A stretch of DNA of 64,000 bases from Octopus sinensis (GCF_006345805.1 NC_043004.1:78058001-78122000), one strand, 5' to 3'; positions 23,601-36,866 are shown, numbered from the stretch's first letter. Numbers and translations are program-made. The notes: generated from the sequence alone by a model not told the origin.

Positions 23601-25619
23601 GTGTGTGTGTTCACAGAGATGTGTCTAAGAGAATATATTCATAATCATAGCGTCTCCTTTTTATAACAGGATATCATAAACATGGATAAATTTTACCATA
23701 AAGTTAAACTAGATTAAGACTGAGAAATTGGCAAGAAACACTCTACATTGTTACTTAACTTACAGTAAACAGCAGCTAAATCTTTTTCAAATCAAACCTA
23801 CTACTTTCAAGATACAGAAAGGACATATTAGTTAATATAGTTTAAGATAAATTGCCTAAAGATATGGGGGTGGTCATGGATAGAATGGCTTCAATTATCA
23901 TTCACTCCAATTAGCATTTAGCTTGGCTAAACAACGATTATAGCATTTAAACCAGCCTCATCCCACCTAAATATTGTACATTTTATGTTCAAACTGTCCA
24001 GATTTGGTCTCTCACACCTACCTGCAATGTTATTTTAAAAATAAACAATCAAATCATTAAAATCTTGGAGATAAAAAATTAACCCAAAGCAATGTGAATA
24101 AATAAGCACTTCATTTGACAGAAAATCTGAATTCTAAAGGGATAGGAAAAGAAAAACAAAATAAATATTGCGAACACCCACATTCACAAGAAAAATCATG
24201 TCATCACCCAATAAAATCACTGTTACCACAAAACCTTCTCAAATATTACGTAGAATAATCTAGAATTTAAATCTAGCCTCATAATTTGTTATCAACAAAC
24301 AAATCAGAATTTGTAGCTAATTCTTTAAAGTGTCATACCACAATGTAAAGTCATCACGCAGTTGGAGACTATTCCCTAGAGAACCAAAGTTATTTCACAA
24401 ATTACTAAGAGAAAGATCAGCAGATAAGAGATTCCTATCAAGAATTTTAGAAATGAGATCTCCTCAAGTACCTCCTTAACAATCTAAAGATGTTTGGTCA
24501 ACTGCTAATGGTGTCAGACTATTGTAAGCAATAAATTTGTAAAAGCAAGGTGGAAACACATAAAAAAAAGGTCAGGATTGAAAATTGTTTGGCAGCAAAT
24601 TGACAGAATCTTCAGTGTAAGTAAAAGTGACTCATGACATTAGTTCCAGCTTTTGGTTCAAATTGTACCAAAGAAAACGGTTTCATTGCATAACATCCAA
24701 GGGAGTACTTTAATGGGGATCAATGATATCAACTGAAGCCCTTTCCTTCAAAACTGTTTGGCCTTGGGCCCAGATTAGAAACAATTCTCAGCACTTGTGT
24801 ACTTAGTGTTTAGAATTATCAGAATGGTAAAGTTGTTAGAATGTCAGTCAATGGTTCGACAACGTGTGTCCTACCTCTGGCACTGAGCTGTATCCGTGAC
24901 AAAGAGATTTAAATCTCAATGAACCAATCTCACAGTTGTAAACTGATGTCATAAAGAGAGAAACTTCTAACTGAGATATACAGTGCAGCACCGTATATCT
25001 TTAGGTATATAAGACCCTAGTCTCAACAAATCTTTATTTATGAAACAGATCCTAGTAAGAATTGAAATTGATTCCAGTATTGTCAAAGTAAATTATCTGA
25101 CACGTCTCATAATTCTTTATCAACACAACCAAATATTAACAGCACTTGAAACTATATATGCTGTGCTGATGACATCTGTTGAGGCAGAAACACATATACT
25201 TAGTTGTTCTTTCGTCTCTAGACAATCAGGCAATACTTTCCTTAGTAGCATGTCAGATTTTTGGAAAATTCTTGATTTTTGTTATCACTTTTCATTTGGA
25301 ATGGCCCCTACTATCCACCCCCAACTCATGCATCATTGGTCATCTCACAGCCCCTTATCCACCCTTCAAATATACTACTACCTTTATAATTGTTGCCCTC
25401 TTGTCCTCCTCACACTCATTCCCCCTCACTTACTCTTGCAGTTTCCTCCCATCAACACTCCTCATTCCTCTGTTCCCTCTCACTTCCACTCAGCTCATAC
25501 CTTGTGTGTCCACCCAGACACCTCAACACCACTATTTCTTTCTACCTCCACCCCAATCACTCTTCTAAAATGTCAGTAGCCACATAGCTCCTCTACAACA
25601 AGAAACTTGTCCCTTCTCT

Positions 25620-25850
25620 CTGGTCCCTTCTCTTATAATTTAACTCAGATGGACCCTCAAAGCCATTTGATGGTTTTGAAATCCCCATTATATTTCTATA
25701 ATTAAATATTATTAGGAACTGTTAAAAAAGAAATTGTTAAAAATATTTTGTGCATTGCAGAAGTATAACCAGATTACGGTAGATGAAATTTTGACAACAA
25801 AATCTTGTATAGACCCCAAGGGCCATATGTACCCTGGTTGAGATCCACTG
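25620..25850. mobile_element. Possible hAT-type MITE relic (one end only)
   Basis: GGTTGAGATCCACTG resembles the reverse complement of a CAGTGGTTCTCAACC terminus; the other end was not found. Confidence 0.25.
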
Positions 25851-26616
25851 CTTTAAACCCTCATCTCCTAGTGTAAAGCCATTCCCTCAACATTCACAGT
25901 CTTGCAAGGGGCAAAGCAGCCTAACTAGTGCTGGTGGCATATAAAAATAGCCCTTAGTGCTCTCTGTAAAGTGGTTGGTGTCAGCCAGAGAAACCATGCT
26001 AAAGTAGACATTTGACCATGATTCACCCCTTGGACCCGCCGGACCCTGTCAAACCATCCAATCCATGCCAGTACAGAACATGGATGTTAAATTTTGATGA
26101 TGATAATGATGCTGTTGAGTTTTCTTTGTAACTCAAATATGTGCCACTGGTCACACTGAATTCTTTATCTCAGCTCATTTTCATTTATGCTGTTTACAGT
26201 TCTAAACAAATAAAGTCCGGGTCTGTTATTATCTTCTTTTTATTATTCAAACGCAATCACTCATAAAAATCTAGAAAGAGCGATTAATAAATGAATATTT
26301 CTTGCTTTTGTCTCTTGCTTTTTTTTCTTTTTGTTTGCTTTTTTTTTTATTTGTTTTTGTTTTTGTTTTGTTTAATGATGAACCACAAATAATACCAAAC
26401 AGACTGATATATACAGACAGAAATAGGATTATATGCTTTCTTTGGAAATCAAAGCAATCGATATTATTTGTAGTGAAATTCTATGATGCCTAGCACGAAC
26501 TAATAAATATGCAGGATTCTTTATGGAGTGAGAAAACAGGTTGGACTTAATTTCAAACTCAAAACAAATATTTTGACTGGAAAAGATTATAATTTAGAAA
26601 AACACAAACAAGTGCA

Positions 26617-26751
26617 CAGGCATGGCTGTGTGGTAAGAAGTTCCAAACCACATGGTTCCAGGTTCAGTCCCACTGTGTAGCACCTTGGGCAAGTGTCTTC
26701 TGACAAAGCCTTGTTAATGGATTTGGTTGATGGAAACTAAAAGAAGCCCAT

Positions 26752-26844
<93 letters not shown>

Positions 26845-27072
26845 TGTGTGTGTGTGTGTGTGTGTGATTGTGTCTGGTGGTCAAGCAGTGGTGAGGGACA
26901 CAGTGTTGGTTTGTTTATGTTCATATAACTTACAGTTTGACAGAGATCTATAGAATAAATATTAGGTTTTACAAAAAAAAGTACTGAGTCAATATGTCTG
27001 ACTAAAAATTTTTCAAGGTGGTGCCCCAGCATGGCCGCAATCTAATAACTGAAACAAGTAAAAGGTAAAGGA
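26617..27072 (+). mobile_element. SINE B with expanded internal microsatellite
   Basis: Head 26617-26750, (TA)(CA)(TG) array, tail to 27072. Confidence 0.8.
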
Positions 27073-27689
27073 TAAATGGCTACTGCAATCTTATCATGCA
27101 GTTAATTGCAGGATGGCACTGAGAACATTTTCCGATATTTCGGTGCACTGGTTGTTGCATGGGCAGCCATATTCGGATCAAGGTTAATATGAAATGCATC
27201 GGCAGAGAAGGAAGACTGACTTCATTTTGAGGCAATTTGGGAAGTGGAAAAGAGAAGCTGACAGCTTGGAGAAATATTCTCTTCTCAATGGAATGCACCA
27301 CTGAACAATGGTGTTCTGGCTGTCAGATTCCATTCCAAGAGAAATAGCTTTGCATCTTGATAGTGAAAGCGAAAGTAGCATGGAGATTGTAGAATCCTGA
27401 ATTTGCTATTCTTGTTAATTTTTGATTTCCTTGGTTTCTTTTTTCTTTGCAAATGACATATTTTGTTTTTATTCATTTACTATGTGGCTGTCTGCTTGAG
27501 AAGCTTATGGTCTTCGGTTCAATCCCACTGTGCAGCACCTTGACTAAGTGTTTTTGTTATAGCCCTAGGCTGACCAAACCCTAGGGTGGATTTGGTTAGC
27601 AGAAACTGAAAGAAGCCAATCATCTGTGTATATGTGTGTGTTTGAGTGAGAGTATGTGTGTGAGTGCAACTGTGCATGCATTGTGAAAT

Positions 27690-27930
27690 GTCTTGACATT
27701 GCATGACAGCTGTAAATGAGAGTCCCTGTCATACAAGCATTGTCACTCATTTCCAATACCCCATGCAAAACATGTCTGACCATGGAGAAGCTATTACCCT
27801 GCTTGGAACAAAGAGAGGGTTGAGGACAAGAGGGGCATCCAGCCATGGAAAATCTGCCTCAACAAATTTTCCTTCTGACCCATGCAAGCATGGAAAAAGT
27901 GGACATTAATGACAACGATAATGATGGTGA
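27690..27930 (+). mobile_element. Second (GAT)n-tailed LINE 3'-end family (related copies ~21440-21660 +, 29080-29200 -, 43865-44015 +, 50745-50850 -, 61045-61240 +)
   Basis: Recurrent AAAACATGTCTGGCCATGG.GAA.TATTACC..GCTTGGAA...GGGCATCCAGCCAT.GAAAATCTGCCTCAA...CCCATGCAAGCATGGAAAA module. It shares motifs with the RTE tail but is distinct. Confidence 0.6.
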
Positions 27931-28274
27931 CTCATTTCAGTCATTGGACTATGGCCATGCTGGAGCACTACTGCTTTGAAGGGTTGAGTCAAGAAAATCA
28001 GCCCCATGATGTGAGGGTTACATTCCCCAATGAATGAGTGGGGACCATTCTATTGCATGCATTTGGACCCAATCTCTGATTTGAGGACACCTTCCACTGT
28101 TTTCAGAGATCTTATAAAAGATCATGGCTACTGTCCTATTCTGCTCTCTCCACTTTCACTTAAAAAATTCTTTTTTTTTTTTTGCATTAGAATTCACAGC
28201 CAACAAACAGTAAACAAACAGCGATAAAACAAGCCTTAAGCAACCCTTTCTTCTATAGGGAATTGCAAAAGGAA

Positions 28275-28595
28275 GGCACATGGCTTAGCGGTTAGGATAC
28301 TTAGCTCCCAACTTTAGGGTCATGAGTCTGACACCCAGTGGTATGTTGTGTCCTTGAGCAAGACACTTTATTTCATGTTGCTCCAGTCCACTAAGCTGGC
28401 AAAAATGAATTGCACCTGTAATTTGAAAGGGACCAGTCTTGTTATATTCTGGGTCATGATGAATCTCCCTGAGAACTATGCTAAGGGTACATGCGTCTGT
28501 GGAGTGCTCAGCCACTTGCATGTTAATTTCATGAGAATGCTGTTCCGTTGATCGGATCACCTGCAACAATCCTCATTGTAACTGATGGAGTGCCA
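28275..28595 (+). mobile_element. SINE E (tRNA-like head, GTGTCCTTGAGCAAGACACTT core)
   Basis: GGCACATGGCTTAGCGGTTAGG head; related partial copies at ~19471-19750 +, 23163-23262 +, 51880-52105 -, 54135-54290 +. Confidence 0.75.
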
Positions 28596-29402
28596 GTTAT
28601 GTTATCCTTCCAAATAAGATCTTATTGAAGACCTGAAGACCCAAAATGAATGGTATCAAACCACAGAAACAGGAATATTATCAGAGTTCTTGTAATGCTT
28701 AACGGACAGAAGTTTAGTTGATGCAGAGTTGAAAGTAAGCAACTAATGAACACAGTAATTAGTCAGTGAATGCCAATCAGTCTCAAGAGAACCAACAATT
28801 TTTACTCAGACAATTCAATGAAGAATACTAAGAAGTGAGAACAAGAAAAACGGTAAGTTTAGACATGACAGCTTTCAACAGATCTTTAATGAAAACAATA
28901 AGCAAGACTGAACCTAGAACAGAACTACATGACAAATAACAAAAGCCATAAGCCTATTGTACTGGATGTTAATTAATTAATTAATTAATTAATTAATTAA
29001 TTATGCACTAAATAACATATGTTGCATAATCTGAAATGGATAAGTAATACTATTACATCTTCACTGATGTCCTTTTTACATCTAAATTTCAATACTTGCA
29101 TGGGTCAGATGGAAATCATTGAAGCAGATTTTGTATGACCAGATGCCCTTCCTGTTGCCAGCTCTCACCTGCTAATATTACCCCATGGCAGATTGAGATT
29201 GAAGGACAGCAATTGTGTAAGGGTGAAATTTGTTTACAACAATTCTATGATGTCATGACAAGGAAGTACACACACACACACACACACACATGCAAATACC
29301 TGTTTGTGTGTGTGTGAGTAACTTTATTCCATTTATGAGAGGAGAGCATGGTTTTCATACCCCATATAGGTGTTTGATTTCTCATCAGTAATGCTTTTTC
29401 CT

Positions 29403-29454
<52 letters not shown>

Positions 29455-29455
<1 letters not shown>

Positions 29456-29700
29456 CATCATCATCATTTAACATCCGTTTTCCATGCTAGCATGAGTTGG
29501 ACGGTTCGCCTGGGGTCTGGGAAGCCAGGAGGCTGCACCAGGCCCAGTCTGATCTGGCAGTGTTTCTACAGCTGGATGCCCTTCCTAATGCCAACCACTC
29601 CAAGAGTGTAGTGGGTGCTTTTTATGTGCCACCAGCACAGGTGCCAGGCGAGGCTGGCAAGGCCACAATCAGCTGGTGCTTTTTACGTGCCACCAGCAAT
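29455..29700 (-). mobile_element. RTE 3'-tail copy
   Basis: (CAT)n TTAACATCCGTTTTCCATGCTAGC...GCTGGATGCCCTTCCTAATGCCAACC. Confidence 0.8.
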
Positions 29701-30660
29701 ATATATATGCATAAATGTAGTTCTTTTCCCAAATAAATTGCACTTCATATTTGAGGCTCTGATGAAGCTAAAAGATGTTATTCAGACATTCAACTTAACT
29801 TCCAGTAGTAGTTGTAGTAGTAATCCTCTCTACTAAAGGCACAAGGCCTGGAATTTTGGAGGAAAGGACCAGTCAATTACATTGACCCCTAGAACTCAAC
29901 TGGTACTTATTTCATTGACCCCCAAAAGGATGAAGGGCAAAGTTGACCTCGGTGGAATTTAAAGATGATGAATTTAAACATGAAGATAGATGAAATACTG
30001 CTTAGCATTTTGCCAAGAACGCTAGCAATTCTGCCAGCTCACTATCATAATAATAATAATAATAATAATAATCATAATAAATGTCCTGATTTAATACCAA
30101 GTACTGGCTCTCATGGCTTCTGTTCTTAAATGACTCGAAGTGTTAACATCTACATGTATTTTCTTGGTGTAAAAGATGGGCTACAGCAAATATTCTGCTC
30201 AAAACCTTAGATTTGCTTGTCAGTTGCTACTTGACCGTAATCAGTTGAGCATGTTCCTTGATAGGTGACAATATGTGCAGCTCTGCTCACAAACGGTGAG
30301 GGGAGGGGGCATCATAGCCATGTGTTGTGAGAAATTCTTTTGCTTTGGAATAATCCATCTCTGGAAACATTGGATGTTTCATTCATCAGCCTTAAGCAAA
30401 CCTTATTTGGAAACCTTTTGAGTGAAATGGGCCACTCAATCTGAAGAAAATCCAAACTGGGCCCCAACTGCAAGGTCATGCACTGTTTTATCTTGACATG
30501 AGATCACCACGTCTTGCACGTATGGTTGTGATGCATGTGCCTGGTGTACCCTTATCAGACGGGTAGTCATGATGGGTATATTGGGTTTCATATATTTGTA
30601 ACCCTGTCACTTGGACGACATGTGCTGCTCTCTCACTCAATAATGATAATAATAATAATA

Positions 30661-30890
30661 CGGTGAGCTGGCAGAATCGTTAGCACGTCGGGCGAAATGC
30701 TTAGCGGTATTTCGGCTGCCGTTACATTCTGAGTTCAAATTCCGCCGAGGTCGACTTTGCCTTTCATCCTTTCGGGGTCGATAAATTAAGTGCTAGTTAC
30801 GCACTGGGGTCGATGTAGCCGACTTAAGCCCTTTGTCTGTCCTTGTTTGTCCCCTCTGTGTTTAGCACCCTGTGGGCAATAGAGAAATAA
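30661..30890 (+). mobile_element. SINE D, tail type 1
   Basis: Match to the 3603 copy; flanked by (AAT)n. Confidence 0.85.
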
Positions 30891-31831
30891 ATAATAATAA
30901 TACTAATAATAATAATGGTTTCAAATTTTGGCACAAGGCCAGCAATTTCGGGGGAGGGGGTAAGTTGATTACATTAACCTCAATATCTGACTGGTACTTT
31001 ATTTGATCAATGAAAAGGTAAAAGACAAATTTAGCCAGGAATTTGAGCCAAGAGAAATATTGCAAGGCCTTGTTCCAACCATTAACAATTCTACTAGATT
31101 GCTACCTTGCTACACATTTCTAATATAAAATAAAATCTCCTTTAACTCTTTTGTTATCCTATATTACCTACATAAAATAAGATTTCGAGGGACCAGTTTT
31201 AGAGAAATTACAATAACAATTTTATTAGGAACAAAAATTCCTTTTAGGCACAAAGAAAACGCAAGATCAATAGAGTGGAACGAATAAAACTCGATACATT
31301 CCTTGTTGTAGATTTAGTCAGACATCAAAGGGAGCGAAAGGTAAATATCAGCCTCAACAAAATCAATACCGAGAACAATGAATCACAGAACTAGAGAGAG
31401 AGGCCATAAAACATATGGAATAATTCTTTATTGTTGCCATTAACTGGAATATTCTAACAGATGTTGGTAAGAAACAGAGGCTAAATCATCTGTGATGTCA
31501 TGAAACATTTATTTTACCAGTAAGCATTAATCTCTTGTCATACCAACAGACATTATATACACCTCTTTATTATATACACCTCTTTAGAGTTTCTATTCAA
31601 TCAGCTGCATTAATATTATTGCGGCAGCTTCTAACATAATCAAACAATGCTGTCCATTGTTAATGACCAAGTGAGATGAGGAAGGCCAGCCAGAATTTTG
31701 GCTCTTTTCAGTGGCTCCAAGACTGATAAAAAGACAAGAAGAATTCCTCTTCTGACCAGAGACTCAATCCAAAATGCTTGCAATAAACTAGAACCTGCTG
31801 CAGAGTGGAACATTATCAAGTCATTGGATTA

Positions 31832-32105
31832 TACATTATTTACATTTGACGGATATTTGTCCTCATCTTGTTTGCTGTTGACACAACATTTCGGCTGATA
31901 TACTCTCCAGCCTTCATCAGGTGTCTTGTGAAAATTTCGAACCTGGGTTCTCATTCCTAAGGTATTTTTCAATGTTATTATTATTATTATTATTATTCAA
32001 GTCACTGCCTGGAATCGAACTTGGAATCTTGGAGTTAGTAGCCCATGCTCTTAACCACTACGCCATAATGTACATAATTCCTCATCTCTTAAATATAGAA
32101 CTGTA
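31832..32105 (-). mobile_element. Family F copy 2, 5'-inverted relative to its 3' tail
   Basis: Head-to-body reads on minus 32065->31832 (A box 32055-32065, B box AGTTCGATTCC 32011-32021). The remaining tail AATGTACATAATTCCTCATCTCTTAAATATAGAACTGTA is on plus at 32067-32105. Confidence 0.8.
31880..31925 (-). ncRNA. Minimal type I hammerhead ribozyme motif in family F
   Basis: GACAC-CUGAUGA-A-GGCUG(GAGAGUAUAU)CAGCC-GAAA-UG-U-U-GUGUC; stem I and stem II fully Watson-Crick. Confidence 0.75.
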
Positions 32106-32236
32106 TCCTGCTGAACTGTATCACCCATGCCAAGGAAACTGGGAATTAAATTTACCATCAAATCCATTGGAACCATCTAACCCATGCCAGTAAGGAAGTT
32201 GGACGTTAAGTCTACCATTAGTACTAAATTGCTTTA

Positions 32237-32811
32237 TAAATAAAAATATTGCATTTCTAAATCTCTCTGAAAGATTTATACAGTAGCAGCAGAGTGATGG
32301 TATGTTGTCAACTTAATATGACAGTCCCATGAAAGGGAAGAATGTCACTGCTATTTAGCCCTAGGAAACACTGTTTCCTGTTAGCCTTGACACATTTTCT
32401 GTGTCCTTATGTTTTCAAGGAGGGGAGATAAGCACCTCCACCCAGCAAAGCCAGCTTCCAGAGACTAGTTTCAGAGTCATTGCTCATCATCAGTCTGGAG
32501 TAGCATGGCTTGCTAGCTGTCGATGCCTGTCTGTCTTTGTAAACATATTTCAAGTGAAATACATTCACTGATTTCGTAAATAGAAATATTGCATTTCTAA
32601 ATCTCTCAGAGAGATTTATACAGTAGCAGCAGAATAGAGTGATGGTATGTTGCTGGCTTTGCTGGCTGGAGGTGCTTATCTCCCCCTTTGAAAACATAGG
32701 ACACAGAAATGTGTCATGGTCAACTGGAAACAGTGTTTCCTAGGGCTAAATGGCAGTAACATTCTTCCCTTTCATGGGACTCTCACATTAAGTTGGCAAC
32801 ATAACATCACT
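32237..32811 (-). mobile_element. Penelope-like terminal-repeat relic with tandem and inverted segments
   Basis: Direct repeat 32237-32307 / 32577-32652; inverted repeat 32293-32455 / 32652-32811; hammerhead between them. Confidence 0.65.
32457..32499 (-). ncRNA. Type I hammerhead ribozyme motif (Penelope-type)
   Basis: UCCAGA-CUGAUGA-U-GAG(CAAUGA)CUC-U-GAA-ACUAGU-C-UCUGGA: stem I 6 bp, palindromic ACUAGU stem III, canonical GUC cleavage triplet. Confidence 0.78.
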
Positions 32812-33215
32812 TTCATCATCATCATCATCATCATCGTTTAACATCCTCTTTCCATGCTAGCATGGGTTGGACGATTTGACTGAGGACAGGCGAACTAGAT
32901 GGCTGCACCAGGCTCCAATCTTGATCTGGCAGAGTTTCCACAGCTGGATGCCTTTCTTAACGCCAACCACTCCAAGAGTGTAGTGGGTGCTTTTATGTGC
33001 CACCGGCATGAGGGCCAGTCAGGCGGTACTGGCAACAGCCATGCTCAAATGGTGTTTTTATGTGCCACCTGCACAGGAGCCAGTCCAGCGGCACAGGCAA
33101 CAACCTTGCTTGAATGTTTTTTCACGTGCCAGTAAAGCAACACTGGTAATGATCACACTCGAATGGTGCTTTTTATGTGCCACCAGAGCGGAAACCAGTT
33201 AGCTGCTCTGGCTAA
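32812..33215 (-). mobile_element. RTE 3'-tail copy with several ~60-bp tandem units
   Basis: Tail module followed on the plus strand by repeated TTTTATGTGCCACC...GCCAGT units. Confidence 0.8.
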
Positions 33216-33869
33216 CTTTATAAATATTTATTTACCAAAGACATAAAACATTTTATCAAGAGATCAATGCTTGGATATTTATTTCCAAAAGACGATAAAA
33301 TCTTGAAACCAGTTTATATTTTGTTAGAAGGTTCAATAAACACAAAGATTAAAATAAATTTAATCGTAAACAAATCTAATCCATTTGTGATACATTCAAA
33401 TCCCTTTAAGATTAACTTCTCATTTTTGTTTCAATTAATATTTATTTTCCAGTTAGATATTCATGTATTTATTTTGGGGGCTGCACTGATGCCACCCAAA
33501 GCTCTAAAATAAATACTTTGTGAGGAGTGTTTATGGAAACCAAATATTGGAATAAATTCAACTGAAGAATAAACCAATCAGTGATGATAAATTGATGAAA
33601 TATTATTGTTTGACTCCTTCTACAATATCCATTCCGAAATGTTTATTGCTAATGCTTGCCAATCATATGGTCTTGGACAAATGGTTCTACTATAGCCCTA
33701 GCTCTACTAAAGCCTTGTGAGTGGATTTGGTAGACAGAAACTTATCATCGTAAGAATTTTATAAACTTTCAAGTGAACCTGAAATAATTCTTTTTTGGAA
33801 CTGGATCTTGAAGCACACTATGCTATAAATAATAGAATGTGTAAAAATTGGGTTCAAAGACCATTTTCA

Positions 33870-33914
<45 letters not shown>

Positions 33915-34003
33915 TTGTCCTCTCCCACCACCACTTGACAACTGGAATTGGTTCGATTAATTCCATAGTGGTTCAGCAAAAGAGGCCCATAGAATATATA
34001 TAT

Positions 34004-34130
34004 ACTAGCAGAGATACCCAGCGTTGCCCGTGTTACATGCAATTGAAGAATTAGACTTTTCTGTTATATTTTCTGTAATGAACTGGAATATCCATGCTTC
34101 AAATTTCATCAAAATTGCAGATGAGGTTTA
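34004..34130 (+). mobile_element. Possible Helitron/Helentron-like non-autonomous element start
   Basis: ACTAGCAGAGATACCCAGCGTTGCCCG start and AAATTTCATCAAAAT motif resemble such elements. Single copy; extent unknown. Confidence 0.3.
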
Positions 34131-34717
34131 TTTCCCTCTTTACACACCCTAAAAAAATTGTAATCGTGCCACATGTATCCCATATTACTGATTTTTATGC
34201 GCATATTCCAAAAATCCAGTCTTATTTAACTTGTTAAAAAAATTTTGTGCCTGAAAAATGAAGGTCATGGAGCTCTAAAATGTGAGAGTCAAGGCCCCTG
34301 TTGGGGGTGGGCATCTTAATGTCAACCACAAAAGTTGAATTGTTGAGAATCTTTTTAACTTGTGTCTTACATCTATTGTTTGAATTTCTTTGAAATAGGA
34401 AATATATGTTCGCTGGGTTTGTAAAAGAGAGCAAAGCTACAGGAAACCAAAAGACGAATGATCACAATAAGCAGTCAGTTACCCTACCCTAGTCGTTACC
34501 ACTCCCAATGTAGGATTCTTCACCATTCAGGTGAGAGGCACAGCTGTAAGATGCATTACGAATCTATAGCAATTGGAAGGTGCAGGTGTGGCTGTGTGGT
34601 AAGAAACTTGGTTCCAAAACACATGGTCCTGGGTTCAGTCCCACTGCGTGGTGACTTGGCATGTGTCTTCTGCTATAGCCTCAGACCAACCAAAGCTTTC
34701 TGAGTGGATTTCGTAGA

Positions 34718-35023
34718 CATATATATACATATATATATACATACATATACATACATACATATACATACATATATATATATACATATATAAATACATACAT
34801 ACATACATATACATACATATATATACATATATAAATACATACATATACATACATATATAAATACATACATATACATACATATATATACATATATAAATAC
34901 ATACATACATATATATACATATATAAATACATACATATACATACATATATATACATATATAAATACATACATACATATATATACATATATAAATACATAC
35001 ATACATATATATACATATATAAA

Positions 35024-35059
<36 letters not shown>

Positions 35060-35256
35060 CATATATAAATACATACATACATACATACATATATATACAT
35101 ACATACATATACATACATAGATATACATACATATATACATACATAGATATACATACATATATATACATACATAGATATATACATACATACATATAGATAT
35201 ACATACATATAGATACACATGCATACATATACATACATATATATACATATATATAC

Positions 35257-35341
<85 letters not shown>

Positions 35342-35388
35342 CATATACATACATATATATACATACATACATATACATACATACATAC

Positions 35389-35419
<31 letters not shown>

Positions 35420-35612
35420 CATACATACATATACATACATACATACATAATATATATACATATACATAAATACATATATATACATACATACATATATATA
35501 CATACATACATATATATATACATACATATATATATACATATATACATATATGCATGCAGGCATACATACATACATACATACATACATATACACACACACA
35601 CACACACACACA
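34718..35612. repeat. (ACAT)n/(AT)n compound array, ~0.9 kb
   Basis: Directly visible. Confidence 0.98.
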
Positions 35613-36173
35613 AATAATGAAACACTGGAAGAAATAATCAGTGATCATATTGATAAAATATTGTTTGATTTGTGGAATAATTTGCATCCTGATATATATC
35701 AATTACTAATGCAGTGAGTAGAAATTTGGTATGCTACTATGCACCTACCACATGCATCGACTGTGCATGTAGCATGTGATTATCTGAACCTTAATTGCTT
35801 TAGTGTGTACATTTTAACGAAGAGACAAAGGAATAGTAGTAACGAGGTGAGGACTGAAGCCAGAACAGCAGTGCTTTTACACTGCCATTACACAGCAGGG
35901 GAAGAATTACTATTTTTTTTGATGAATGGGTATAAAACTGAACGCTTTCACTCACTCACTCACTCTCTCTTTCTTTCTGTCGGTGTTTTATTCATTATCA
36001 CATGGATACCACGGAGGGTATAACTTCATCAATCATAATCTCACATTAACAGATTAAATGATATCACATGATGTTCTCAGCTAAAGAACAGAGCAAAACA
36101 ACCATCGACAGGGAAGAGAAACGGAGGAATCAATAGAAGCTGACTCATGCTGCTGGGAGGAATTAACAAACAC

Positions 36174-36858
36174 ACTATACATATATACACACACACACAT
36201 ATATATACACACATATATACACATACTTATATACATGCTTACACATACATATATATACATGCATACACACACACATACATATATACATGCATACATACAC
36301 ACACACATAGATACACATACATATATACATGTATACATACACATAGACATATATACACGCATACATACATATATATGCATACATACACACATACTTATAT
36401 ACACACACATACACATACATATATACATGCATACACACACATACATATATACATGCATACACACATACATAGATACACATACATATATACATGTATACAT
36501 ACATATATGCATGCATACATACACACACATATGGATACACATACATACATATACAGACATAAATTTATACATACATATATAGACATACATTCATGCTTAC
36601 AGATAGAGACACATACATACACACACAAATACACATACCTATAAATACATATGCATACACACATATATATACATACAATTATACACACATATATACATAC
36701 ACATAGATACACATACATTCATACACACAGACACATACATACATACATACACAGATACATACATACATACAGATACATACATACATACACAGATACATAC
36801 ATACATACACAGATACATACACACACACACACACACACACATACATACATACATACAT
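36174..36858. repeat. (AC)/(AT)/(ACAT) compound array
   Basis: Directly visible. Confidence 0.95.
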
Positions 36859-36866
36859 GCTGCATA

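Noticed and set aside
25160-25200. CTGATGA...GAAA spacing resembling a hammerhead
   Set aside because: No credible stem II and only a weak stem I.
25040-25579. 179-aa ORF
   Set aside because: No recognisable domain; the second half is a pyrimidine-rich low-complexity tract open in several frames.
34635-35702. Longest ORFs in the track (312-355 aa, M/Y/V/C/I-rich) and their H/T/Y/I counterparts, also at 36081-36718
   Set aside because: They are translations of (AT)/(AC)/(ACAT) arrays, which lack stop codons in these frames.
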